Source: Candidatus Dormiibacterota bacterium (GTDB lineage: Bacteria; Chloroflexota; Dormibacteria; Aeolococcales; Aeolococcaceae). From it: a stretch of 30,322 nt of DNA. The stretch is taken from contig JAFAJR010000091.1 in NCBI GenBank assembly GCA_019236085.1, forward strand, positions 1 through 30,322. Direction: 5' to 3'. Positions 1 to 8,753 of the stretch are shown in pieces; the first letter of the stretch is position 1, and every line of letters begins with the position of its first letter. Made by a program: the position numbers and the translations under genes. The notes under the pieces are model-generated. The model had not been told where the DNA came from. It was given only the letters and a program-made list of their open reading frames with translations, and searched no databases.

Positions 1-55
1 CGGTGGCACGACGGACTTCGTGATCGACGACACCGCGCTGAACCAAGCGTCGTGA
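1..55 (+). CDS. 3' end of an upstream gene (partial), possibly the C-terminal beta-sandwich domain of a secreted protease/hydrolase
   Basis: The frame starting at nt 2 reads GGTTDFVIDDTALNQAS* (TGA 53-55). It resembles the 'TSFVIDDTAL' C-terminal motif of actinobacterial-type secreted peptidases. Only 17 codons are visible. Confidence 0.45.
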   Translation, partial: GGTTDFVIDDTALNQAS

Positions 56-126
56 TTACTTCCGGCGCCGCGCACCGCGCGCGGCGCCGGGAACCTCTCT
101 TGGCCGGCGGTCGTATTCATCACGTG

Positions 127-564
127 ATGCGATGGGTCGCCGGTGCAGCGGCTGTGGGTGGCGTGCTGCTGCTCAGCGGGTGCGGCGCTGGCACGAGTGC
201 GCCGCCGCCAACTGCCTCGCCGTCATCCGCGACGCCAGTGCAGTGCGGCAGCGCGACTGCACGCGGCAACACGCTGGTGGTTTCCGGCAGTGCTGCGCTG
301 ACCTGCTTTGAAGCGGCGCTGTCCCACTGCACCGCCGCCACCTTCAAGCTGCAAGAGTTCGGGGTCGACACCGGGGTTATTCATTCGTTCACTGTGCTCG
401 GCGGCAATCCCTGCGGGGTGCGCGACGATCACAGCTTCTACCGGGCGCCGCAGTCACCGTCGCCGTCTGTGAGCGACACGTGCGACGGCGTGGCCATTCA
501 GGGTCCTGAGGTCTCGCTGCTGGCGTGCGGCAGCGAGGGAACCATCACGCTTCCGCCTGGCTAG
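127..564 (+). CDS. Cys-rich hypothetical lipoprotein
   Basis: From ATG 127: MRWVAGAAAVGGVLLLSGC is a signal peptide with lipobox LSGC. A Pro/Ser/Thr linker follows, then a ~110-aa domain with 6 Cys. The ORF-track start at 52 is probably over-extended. Confidence 0.75.
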   Translation: MRWVAGAAAVGGVLLLSGCGAGTSAPPPTASPSSATPVQCGSATARGNTLVVSGSAALTCFEAALSHCTAATFKLQEFGVDTGVIHSFTVLGGNPCGVRDDHSFYRAPQSPSPSVSDTCDGVAIQGPEVSLLACGSEGTITLPPG

Positions 565-565
565 T

Positions 566-757
566 TCATGTTGACTTGTCGTCGCCGTTGTCGTCGACCG
601 CGTCTGTAAGGATCAACCCGAGCTGCCGCGCCATCGCCTCTGCAGTTTGCAGCGCAGCTTCCTCCTTCTCCTCTTCGGTCATCTGCTGCCAATTCGGCGG
701 AAACCCGACGAAGGCGCGCGTGGGATGCCGATGCTCGCTGTTGTCTGTGTTGGACAT
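566..757 (-). CDS. 63-aa acidic microprotein of unknown function, downstream of a SAM riboswitch
   Basis: Strong SD (GGAGGAG, 764-770) 6 nt before the ATG. Non-random amphipathic sequence GFPPNWQQMTEEEKEEAALQTAEAMARQLG. The start codon lies within the riboswitch pseudoknot. Confidence 0.75.
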   Translation of the reverse strand: MSNTDNSEHRHPTRAFVGFPPNWQQMTEEEKEEAALQTAEAMARQLGLILTDAVDDNGDDKST

Positions 758-858
758 AGGTTGCTCCTCCGGCGGAACCGCATCCCCGTGAATCGGGTGG
801 GCACCTTGCGTGTCCAGCGCAGGTTGCCGGGCGACACTCGTCGCCGCTCTTGATGCGA
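751..858 (-). ncRNA. SAM-I/IV variant riboswitch (translational)
   Basis: The minus strand reads CGCAUC-AAGAG-C-GGCGAC-GAGU-GUCGCC-C-GGCAACC-UGCG-CUGGACA-CGCA-AGGUGCC-CA-CCCG-AUUCA-CGGG-GAUGCG-GUUCC-GCCGGA-GGAGC-AACCU-AUGUCCA. P1 CGCAUC/GAUGCG, J1/2 AAGAG, P3 with the GCAACC/GGUGC SAM-binding core, P4 and P5 are all present. The L3 UGGACA can pair with the 3' UGUCCA (PK-2). There is no kink-turn in P2, which fits SAM-I/IV rather than SAM-I. Confidence 0.88.
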
Positions 859-863
859 CGCCA

Positions 864-892
864 AGTCTACTCGATGGACTTCACGACGTCAC
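864..892 (-). promoter_or_regulatory. Sigma70-type promoter for the riboswitch transcript
   Basis: Minus strand GTGACG (892-887), 17 nt, TAGACT (869-864). The predicted TSS (~857-858) coincides with the 5' end of P1. Confidence 0.6.
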
Positions 893-1264
893 GAGGCGAA
901 CCCGTGCGGCTGTGACGGCTGCGGATGCCAAGTGCCGATCGGCAGTCACCAGCTCACAATTGAGCGCTTCGGCGAGGGCGAGGTACGTGGCGTCGTATGC
1001 CGTGAGATTGTCGCGCAATGACCAGATGCGCTGCAACAGCGGCCGGATGTCGTAGCGATTCAGCTCGATGTGCGGCCAGACGCGGATGGCAGCCTCAGCA
1101 GTCGCAACGCCGACCCGGCCCAGCCGGACCTGCTTGCGGAGGGCACTCACAAGCTCTGCGTCGATCGTGAACGGAGCGCACAGCGTCTCGCTCGACATGA
1201 TCGTCGCGGCCTCCCCGTCCTGGAGCAGCGCCCACAGCGCCGCCGACGCGTCAAGGACGATCAA
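881..1264 (-). CDS. vapC: PIN-domain toxin (VapC family)
   Basis: TTG start at 1264 gives MIVLDASA... with the PIN acidic tetrad: LDAS, AEL, YDATY, TAD. It overlaps the antitoxin stop by 14 nt. Confidence 0.9.
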   Translation of the reverse strand: MIVLDASAALWALLQDGEAATIMSSETLCAPFTIDAELVSALRKQVRLGRVGVATAEAAIRVWPHIELNRYDIRPLLQRIWSLRDNLTAYDATYLALAEALNCELVTADRHLASAAVTAARVRLVTS

Positions 1265-1511
1265 TGGAGGCGTTGATCTGCCGATCCCGCTCCTCTCGAG
1301 CCTCGTGGATGGCAGCCACAATCTCGTCAGCCGTCAGCGACAGGTCAGCTTTGGGGATGCTGGCCAGCAGCTCGGCATTGCGGCGGCGCATAGCTGCGGC
1401 GGTCAGCTCGCGGATGGCGAGGGTATTCACGGAGATGCCGTCGCGTTCCGCCATTCGCTGGAGGCGCTGGACCACCTCCGCCGGCACATTTCTCACATAC
1501 AGCGTGGCCAT
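1251..1511 (-). CDS. vapB: Ribbon-helix-helix antitoxin (FitA/VapB-like)
   Basis: MATLYVRNVPAEVVQRLQRMAERDGISVN is the typical FitA-like RHH N-terminus. It lies directly upstream of the PIN toxin. Confidence 0.85.
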   Translation of the reverse strand: MATLYVRNVPAEVVQRLQRMAERDGISVNTLAIRELTAAAMRRRNAELLASIPKADLSLTADEIVAAIHEAREERDRQINASIDRP

Positions 1512-1514
1512 CTC

Positions 1515-1536
1515 TGCTAGCACGATGCTAGCATCG
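1515..1536. promoter_or_regulatory. Putative vapBC autoregulatory operator overlapping an extended -10 element
   Basis: Two TGCTAGCA palindromes (1515-1522, 1526-1533) lie 11 bp apart. The second is inside the perfect 14-bp palindrome CGATGCTAGCATCG (1523-1536). The minus strand contains TGcTAGCAT (extended -10). Confidence 0.7.
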
Positions 1537-1575
1537 CCCGTTTCGCGGGACAACCGGCGGACAGCTGCTCGCTCT

Positions 1576-1612
1576 TAATAAGAACGAGGCCGCCCCGCAG
1601 TGGGACGGCCTC
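1576..1612 (-). terminator. Intrinsic terminator of groEL
   Basis: Minus strand GAGGCCGTCCC-ACTGC-GGGGCGGCCTC forms an 11-bp stem with one G-U pair, followed by the U-rich GTTCTTATTA. It starts 25 nt after the groEL stop. Confidence 0.8.
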
Positions 1613-1637
1613 TCGCAAATCGGACGAAGGTCCGGAC

Positions 1638-3293
<1,656 letters not shown>

Positions 3294-3343
3294 TTAGCAC
3301 TCGGCGTGGCGGAGTGCTAGCGGGCTGCGCGAGGGAGTGCTAG
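3294..3343. promoter_or_regulatory. CIRCE (HrcA operator) plus an overlapping degenerate second CIRCE; groEL promoter
   Basis: TTAGCACTC-N9-GAGTGCTAG at 3294-3320. A second CTAGCgggC-N9-GAGTGCTAG at 3317-3343. Minus-strand TAGCAC-N17-TAAACT (3319-3291) is the likely promoter. Confidence 0.92.
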
Positions 3344-3391
3344 CCGAGCGTCTTGCGGAGCACTTCACACGGCTTCTATGCGCGATCAGCG

Positions 3392-3868
3392 TCAGCCGTC
3401 CGCCGCAGCCTCCAACGCCGCAATCTCAACCTTGGTCATCTGCAACATCGCCGCCATCACACGGGTGCTCAGCTCTCGATCAGGCGACCGCATCAACTCC
3501 ATGAGCCGCGTTGGCACGATCTGCCAAAAGAACCCATAGCGATCCGTCAGCCAGCCGCATGCGACCTCCGCACCACCTTCACCGAGCCGCTCCCAGTAGT
3601 AGTCAACCTCGGCCTGATCTGCGCACTCGACGTACAGCGACACCGCCTGCGTGAAGGGATGATTCGGGCCACCGTTCAGCGCGAGAAACGGCTGTCCATT
3701 GAGCCTGAACTCCGTAGTCATCACCATGCCGGCCGGACGCGGTCCTGCATCGCCGTAGTGCGCAACCGACCCCATCTGCGAATCCTTGAAGATGCCCGTG
3801 TAGTACCGCGCGGCCTCCTCGGCCTCCGTGTCGAACCAGAGGCAGATGGTGAATGGCGTGTTGCTCAT
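3392..3868 (-). CDS. VOC family protein (PhnB / 3-demethylubiquinone-9 3-methyltransferase-like)
   Basis: Motifs ICLWFDTEAEEAARYY, FLALNGGP, QAEVDYYWERL and CGWLTDRYG.FWQIVP. Confidence 0.9.
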   Translation of the reverse strand: MSNTPFTICLWFDTEAEEAARYYTGIFKDSQMGSVAHYGDAGPRPAGMVMTTEFRLNGQPFLALNGGPNHPFTQAVSLYVECADQAEVDYYWERLGEGGAEVACGWLTDRYGFFWQIVPTRLMELMRSPDRELSTRVMAAMLQMTKVEIAALEAAADG

Positions 3869-3876
3869 GAGATCTG

Positions 3877-4254
3877 CTACGAGCTCGCCTTTCCGAAGTT
3901 CCCCATCTGCACGTCGATGAACTCGTACGCCTCATCGCCGACGACCCAACCGTCATGGCCCGCTGGGATCCGGTACGCGTCGCCGGCGCCAACCTCCGCC
4001 TCACTGCCATCGTTCAATCGCACGTGCAGGCGACCCGTGAGCACGTATCCCACATGCTCATGTTCGCAGCTCTCGGTCCCCACGATGGGCTTCACATCCT
4101 CGGACCAGCGCCAGCCCGGCTCGTATCGCCCGCGGGCGATCTGGCGATCGCCCACAGTCACCAGCTCCACCTTGCCCTTGGCAAACTCGACCACTTCGCC
4201 TCCCGACAACGCCTTCGCCTCAGCGCGCATTTCGTCGCTCCGTATCTCACTCAT
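3877..4254 (-). CDS. Cupin domain protein
   Basis: EPGWRWSEDVKPIVGTESCEHEHVGYV and IPAGHDGWVVG cupin motifs. Confidence 0.88.
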   Translation of the reverse strand: MSEIRSDEMRAEAKALSGGEVVEFAKGKVELVTVGDRQIARGRYEPGWRWSEDVKPIVGTESCEHEHVGYVLTGRLHVRLNDGSEAEVGAGDAYRIPAGHDGWVVGDEAYEFIDVQMGNFGKASS

Positions 4255-4378
4255 CCGATCCGCGCCAATGATTCTGACGTTTCCGCTACGCCGTCATGAC
4301 GCGGTCATCGCGGAGCGCCGACTCGTGGTAGCACACGTGATGGCGGGAATCCCCAACCGCACGACAAGGAGGGACGTT

Positions 4379-5038
4379 ATGGCGACGATCCTCACCCACC
4401 GCGCCGACACAATCGGGCGCCGTCAGCCGCAGGCCGACAACGCACGCCTGCTGCGGCCCAGCCGCGGCTACTCGGTGACGCGCAATCCCTTCGCCATCTG
4501 GGAAGTGCTGCCCATCGTCACACTCAGTTTCGCCGGCCTGGCCGTCGCCATGCTCTTTATCGACAACGAGTACCTCGCCTCGATGGCCGTCGGCGGCTTC
4601 CTCGTCTTCACGCTCGGCATGCTGCTGGTCTCGGCGGTCGCGCTCAAGGGCACGCTCGACCTCACGCACGAGGGCATCAGCTTCCAGCGCGGCAAGGACC
4701 ACCTCACCGCGTCGTGGGATCAGATCGTCGCTGTCGAGAACCGCAGCGACTGCGGCCTCACGCTGGTCATCCGCGATCCCCAGCAGACGCGCAGCCACAT
4801 CCGCCTGCCCGGTGGCTTCGGCGCCGAGAAGGGCGTCGCCACCATCCCGCTCCGCCTGTTCGGCGACCGCCAATTCTCCATCCTCTACGACATCCGCGAT
4901 CGCCTCCCCGAGTCCATGTGGAAGCCCGCGCTGGAGACAGCCGGCCGGCGCTCGACAGCCCGCATCGTCCTGGACTACGCCGCGGTGGTCGCCGTGTGCG
5001 GGCTGGCGCTCTTCGTGGTGCTCCGCATCTACAGCTGA
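4379..5038 (+). CDS. Hypothetical membrane protein (2 TM + probable bacterial PH-like domain + C-terminal TM)
   Basis: SD AAGGAGG before ATG 4379. Two hydrophobic helices are followed by LDLTHEGISF...SWDQIVAV, a bPH-like signature, and a C-terminal hydrophobic helix. Confidence 0.65.
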   Translation: MATILTHRADTIGRRQPQADNARLLRPSRGYSVTRNPFAIWEVLPIVTLSFAGLAVAMLFIDNEYLASMAVGGFLVFTLGMLLVSAVALKGTLDLTHEGISFQRGKDHLTASWDQIVAVENRSDCGLTLVIRDPQQTRSHIRLPGGFGAEKGVATIPLRLFGDRQFSILYDIRDRLPESMWKPALETAGRRSTARIVLDYAAVVAVCGLALFVVLRIYS

Positions 5039-5053
5039 ATCCCCATCCCCCGG

Positions 5054-5102
5054 CGTCAAGTCTTCCCCGAAACTTGACGTCCGACCGCTTCTCGATATAT
5101 CG
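5054..5102 (+). promoter_or_regulatory. padR promoter with palindromic operator candidates
   Basis: Inverted repeat CGTCAAGT-N10-ACTTGACG (5054-5079) contains the -35 TTGACG. The palindrome CGATATATCG (5093-5102) covers the -10 region. Confidence 0.6.
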
Positions 5103-5150
5103 TGAGCGCATGGAACCGCTCTCGATAGGAACAAGGAGCACACGACCGGC

Positions 5151-5798
5151 ATGACCGACACCACATTCGACCAGCGCCACGACCCACGCCATCTCGGCAT
5201 CGACAGGCACGAGCTGCGCAACCTCATTCATGAGGCGCGCCGGCGCCATCGTCACGGCGGCCCGTTCGGCCGCGGCGGACCCGGACCCTGGAACCGGGGA
5301 CACGGCTTCTTCGGTGGCGCGCCGTTCGGCGGCGGCCGCCGCGCCGGCCGCGGCGACATCCGCGCCGCCATCCTGGCGCTCCTCAACGAGGAGCCGATGC
5401 ACGGCTACCAGATCATCCAGGAGCTGTCGCAGCGCACCGATGGCGCCTGGCGCGCCAGCCCGGGCTCCGTCTACCCCACGCTGCAACAGCTGGAGGACGA
5501 GGGTCTGGTGAAGGCCGTGCAGCAGGAAGGCGGCCGCCGCGTGTTCGAGCTCACCGACACCGGGCGCGAGGAGGCCAAGACCAGCGCCGCCACGCCACCC
5601 TGGGAAGAGGTGGCCGGCAGTGTCGACGACACCATGCACTCCCTGCGCGACATCTTCGTGCAGGTGGCAGCAGCCACCTGGCAGGTGGGCTCGCACGGCA
5701 CCGTGGCCCAGGTGACCAAGGCGCAGGAGATCCTCCGCGACGCCCGTCGCGGCCTGTACCAGCTGCTGGCTGAGGACGAGAACACGCCCAAGAGCTGA
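5151..5798 (+). CDS. PadR family transcriptional regulator with a His/Gly/Arg-rich N-terminal extension
   Basis: RGDIRAAILALL.EEPMHGYQIIQEL...SPGSVYPTLQQLEDEGLV. SD AAGGAG. Confidence 0.95.
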   Translation: MTDTTFDQRHDPRHLGIDRHELRNLIHEARRRHRHGGPFGRGGPGPWNRGHGFFGGAPFGGGRRAGRGDIRAAILALLNEEPMHGYQIIQELSQRTDGAWRASPGSVYPTLQQLEDEGLVKAVQQEGGRRVFELTDTGREEAKTSAATPPWEEVAGSVDDTMHSLRDIFVQVAAATWQVGSHGTVAQVTKAQEILRDARRGLYQLLAEDENTPKS

Positions 5799-5816
5799 CC
5801 GGCGATCATCCCGGTC

Positions 5817-6422
5817 GTGACCACCGGCGCTCCGCCGCCACCGGCTCCGCCACCGCCGAGCGGTGCGGCGCCACCGGTCACCTTCACTCAGACGGCGCAG
5901 GCGCTGGGTGGGGTGATCGATCGCCTCACTATCTGGCTGCTCGACCTGGGCACCTGGCTGCTGGGCGCCATGGTCGCCTTCAACCTGGTGATTCTTGCGG
6001 CGCTGCTCACGGTCGGCCCGGTGGACCGCGCCGTGCTGATTGCGAGCTGCGCGCTGGCGGTGGCGCTGCCGCCTGCCGTTTCGGCCTTCGCCCTGCTGCG
6101 CCTGGTGCGCGACGTGGAGCAGATCGGCCTGGAGGAGGCGGCCATCGAGTCGTTTCGCGCCGCGGGCGTGGAGATCCGAGACCAGATCGGCTCCCAGCCG
6201 CTGGCTGAGATCCGCCGGCGGCGCACCCACAGCGCGCTCCGTCTCTCGTACCTCCTGCTCGGCGTCAGCGTCCTGCTCACGCTCACCGGCACCACCGCCT
6301 GCTTGTGGCACATGGCCTGGTGGATCGCTGTCGCCTTCATGGTGGCGGTGGCCGCAAGCCTGGCTGTTGTGGGCCGCGGTGTTGCCATGTCGCCTCGCTC
6401 GCCGCGGACCAAGCGACGCTGA
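5817..6422 (+). CDS. Hypothetical 4-TM membrane protein with a Pro-rich N-terminus
   Basis: Four hydrophobic segments, GC-type codon usage, and it fills the gap between padR and the P450 gene. Confidence 0.65.
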   Translation: MTTGAPPPPAPPPPSGAAPPVTFTQTAQALGGVIDRLTIWLLDLGTWLLGAMVAFNLVILAALLTVGPVDRAVLIASCALAVALPPAVSAFALLRLVRDVEQIGLEEAAIESFRAAGVEIRDQIGSQPLAEIRRRRTHSALRLSYLLLGVSVLLTLTGTTACLWHMAWWIAVAFMVAVAASLAVVGRGVAMSPRSPRTKRR

Positions 6423-6482
6423 CAACGCTGACGATCCTTCCTGACGCCGGGAGGGCCCCCGCACTCGCCTTGACCTTCCGAT

Positions 6483-7766
6483 GTGATGATGGGCGCCGTG
6501 ATCTCGACCAGCCCCGCCGTGAAGGAACGCGACCCGCTGCACGTGCTGGCGGTGCTGGCGCGCCGCAAGGGCGACATCTTCGTCTACACCACGGGGCAGC
6601 CCCAGTCCTTCCTGGTCAACCGCCCGGAGTGGGTGCGGCACGTGCTGGTCGACGGCGCCGACCGCTACTCCAAGGACACGCCGATCAACTCCGGCTTCGC
6701 CGACACGATCGCGCACGGTCTGCTCAACAGCGAGGGCGCCGTGTGGCGGCGACAGCGCAGCCTCATGCAACCCGCGTTCGCGCGCCGCTACCTGCCCACC
6801 ATCGCGTCGGTGGTCGACCGCGAGGTGGAGCGCATGGTCGACGCCTGGCCGCACAGCAACGGCCACGTCGACATCGACCTGCATGCCGAGACCACCAAAT
6901 TGCTGTTCCGCATCACGTCCATCGCGCTGTTCAGCGTCGATCCGCGGCCCTGGGACGGACGGCTCACCATGCCCATCCTCACCGACGCGCTTCCTGTTCT
7001 CACCGACGAGTCGCAGTACCCATTCCGCGTGGCACAGCAGGCCATCTGGTCGGTGGCGGAGAACATCGTGGCCCAGCGGCTGGTGGCGCGGCGTGCCTTC
7101 GACGACCTGCTGGGCCGTCTCATTCATTCGGGCACCGACGACGCCGACTTCGACGCGCTCCGCGACCACGTGGTGAACATGGCGCTGTCGGGATACGAGA
7201 CCACGGCGAGCGTCGTCACCTGGGCGATGTACACGCTGGCGCAGAACCCGGCCATCGTGGCGACGCTGCGCGGGCAGATCGACTCGGTCACCGGCGGACA
7301 GCGGCTGACGCTCGGGCACCTGGCGTCACTGCCATACCTGACAGCAACTGTGAAGGAGACGATGCGGCTGTACCCGCCGGCGTGGATCATCGGCCGCCGC
7401 GCGCTGCACACCGATGTCATCGGCGGCGTTGAGATCCCGGTGAACTCGGTGGTGGCCATCAGCCCGTACACCATGCACCGTCATCCGCGCTACTGGCCGG
7501 AGCCCGACAATTTCGAGCCGGCGCGCTTCCTCGGCGACGACACGGATCGCGAGAAGCAGCCGTTCACCTACATCCCTTTCGGCGCCGGACCGCGCACCTG
7601 TATCGGGACCAACTTCGCCCAGGTGGAGGCGCCGCTGATCATCGGCCAGCTGCTGCAGCGCTTCTCCTTCGAGGTGATGAACGACGCGGCTGTGGAGCCG
7701 CGCGGCATCTTCGTTCTGGTGCCGAGCGACCGCATCCACGTGCGGTTGCGATCCAGAGCCGCCTAG
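6483..7766 (+). CDS. Cytochrome P450
   Basis: Heme motif PFGAGPRTCIG, I-helix SGYETT, K-helix ETMR (ExxR) and a PARF meander motif. Confidence 0.95.
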   Translation: MMMGAVISTSPAVKERDPLHVLAVLARRKGDIFVYTTGQPQSFLVNRPEWVRHVLVDGADRYSKDTPINSGFADTIAHGLLNSEGAVWRRQRSLMQPAFARRYLPTIASVVDREVERMVDAWPHSNGHVDIDLHAETTKLLFRITSIALFSVDPRPWDGRLTMPILTDALPVLTDESQYPFRVAQQAIWSVAENIVAQRLVARRAFDDLLGRLIHSGTDDADFDALRDHVVNMALSGYETTASVVTWAMYTLAQNPAIVATLRGQIDSVTGGQRLTLGHLASLPYLTATVKETMRLYPPAWIIGRRALHTDVIGGVEIPVNSVVAISPYTMHRHPRYWPEPDNFEPARFLGDDTDREKQPFTYIPFGAGPRTCIGTNFAQVEAPLIIGQLLQRFSFEVMNDAAVEPRGIFVLVPSDRIHVRLRSRAA

Positions 7767-7784
7767 CCGCGTCAGCCCGCTCGA

Positions 7785-7820
7785 GGCGACAGGCACCTGT
7801 CGCCAGGGTCGTGCACCCTG
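7785..7820. terminator. Two tandem GC hairpins after the P450 gene (possible terminator or stabiliser)
   Basis: GGCGACAG-gcac-CTGTCGCC (7785-7804) and CAGGGT-cgtgc-ACCCTG (7804-7820). There is no U-tract. Confidence 0.35.
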
Positions 7821-7861
7821 AGCAATAGCAAAGGGCAGACCAGCACAGGAGGGCGTGGCAC

Positions 7862-8728
7862 ATGAAGCAGACCGATCGCATCGAGGCACTGGGGGCACTC
7901 TTCACGACGTTCCTGAACAAGGCCAAGGACCGCGGATTCATCGTGCTGGACGCGGACAGTGACCACGACCAGTACGCGCAGTTCAAGCTGCACGACGGTG
8001 CACTGCTGGGCGAGGTGAGCTCGCGCCAGTGGCACGAGCCGGAGCGACCCCTCGCACCGGCTTCGGTGGCGGGGCTCGCCGCACTCGGATTCACCGGTGG
8101 TGGACCGGAGAAGAACTTCGCCAAGGACGATCTTCCATCGTCGCCGGCGGAGCTGGCCCGGCTCACGGACTCGCTGCTGCGAACTGCGTACGAGCTCGAC
8201 GACGAGTACAGCGTCACCGTGCACTACCTGGTGTTCAACGACGTGACGCTACCGCGGGCGCAGCACTTCACGCGGGACATGATCGAGAAGCACCTGCGCG
8301 GCAAGGGCGTGCACTTCCTCCGCGACGACGATGGTGACTTCCGCGCCGACTTCCAGTCCGACGAAACGTCCGGACCGGTGGTGGTGTGGCTGGTGGCGTC
8401 AGGCCCTGACGAGACCGTATACACCGTGTCGAGCGTGTCGCCCGACGGGGCGGCACCGGAGCTGCGGACGGAGGCCGTGGAGCGGTGCAACGAGTGGAAC
8501 AACGAGCAGCGCTGGCCCAAGGCAACTGTCTGCGGCTATGAAGGTGCCTGGCATATCCGAACCGCATACGATGTCGACCTCGCCCCTGGCATCACTCAGG
8601 ACCTGTTCGACCAGGTCACGTACAACGCCATCTCAGCGTCGCTCGAGTTCTGGCGCTGGCTCGCTTCCCCGCAGGAGAGCGCCACCACGAGCGGCGACGC
8701 CGGGGACTCGCGAGATGGAGGAGGCTGA
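7862..8728 (+). CDS. Two-domain T3SS-chaperone/YbjN-like protein (TY-Chap-like N-terminal domain + YbjN domain)
   Basis: N-terminal QYAQF...GEVSS...LAALGF pattern. C-terminal CNEWNNEQRWPKA...DVDLAPGITQD pattern, typical of YbjN-like sensory-transduction regulators. SD AGGAGG. Confidence 0.65.
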   Translation: MKQTDRIEALGALFTTFLNKAKDRGFIVLDADSDHDQYAQFKLHDGALLGEVSSRQWHEPERPLAPASVAGLAALGFTGGGPEKNFAKDDLPSSPAELARLTDSLLRTAYELDDEYSVTVHYLVFNDVTLPRAQHFTRDMIEKHLRGKGVHFLRDDDGDFRADFQSDETSGPVVVWLVASGPDETVYTVSSVSPDGAAPELRTEAVERCNEWNNEQRWPKATVCGYEGAWHIRTAYDVDLAPGITQDLFDQVTYNAISASLEFWRWLASPQESATTSGDAGDSRDGGG

Positions 8729-8743
8729 CAAGCCTCCTCCATC
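8714..8743. terminator. Hairpin between convergent genes (likely bidirectional terminator)
   Basis: Perfect 13-bp stem GATGGAGGAGGCT-gaca-AGCCTCCTCCATC. It overlaps the stop of 7862-8728 and ends 10 nt from the permease stop. Confidence 0.7.
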
Positions 8744-8753
8744 CCACCGGATC

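Noticed and set aside
1515-1543. CIRCE at the vapB promoter
   Set aside because: CTAGCAC matches a left arm, but there is no right arm at 9-nt spacing.
4292-4301. Palindrome CGTCATGACG between the divergent cupin and membrane genes
   Set aside because: It is a single 10-bp GC-rich palindrome with no cognate regulator or second copy, so the support is insufficient.
3353-4378. N-terminal 342 codons of the 561-aa ORF 3353-5038
   Set aside because: They overlap the VOC and cupin genes on the opposite strand. The real gene starts at ATG 4379 after AAGGAGG.
4767-7319. 850-aa minus-strand ORF
   Set aside because: It is Arg/Gly/His-rich, low-complexity antisense to padR, the membrane gene and the P450, with no domain motifs.
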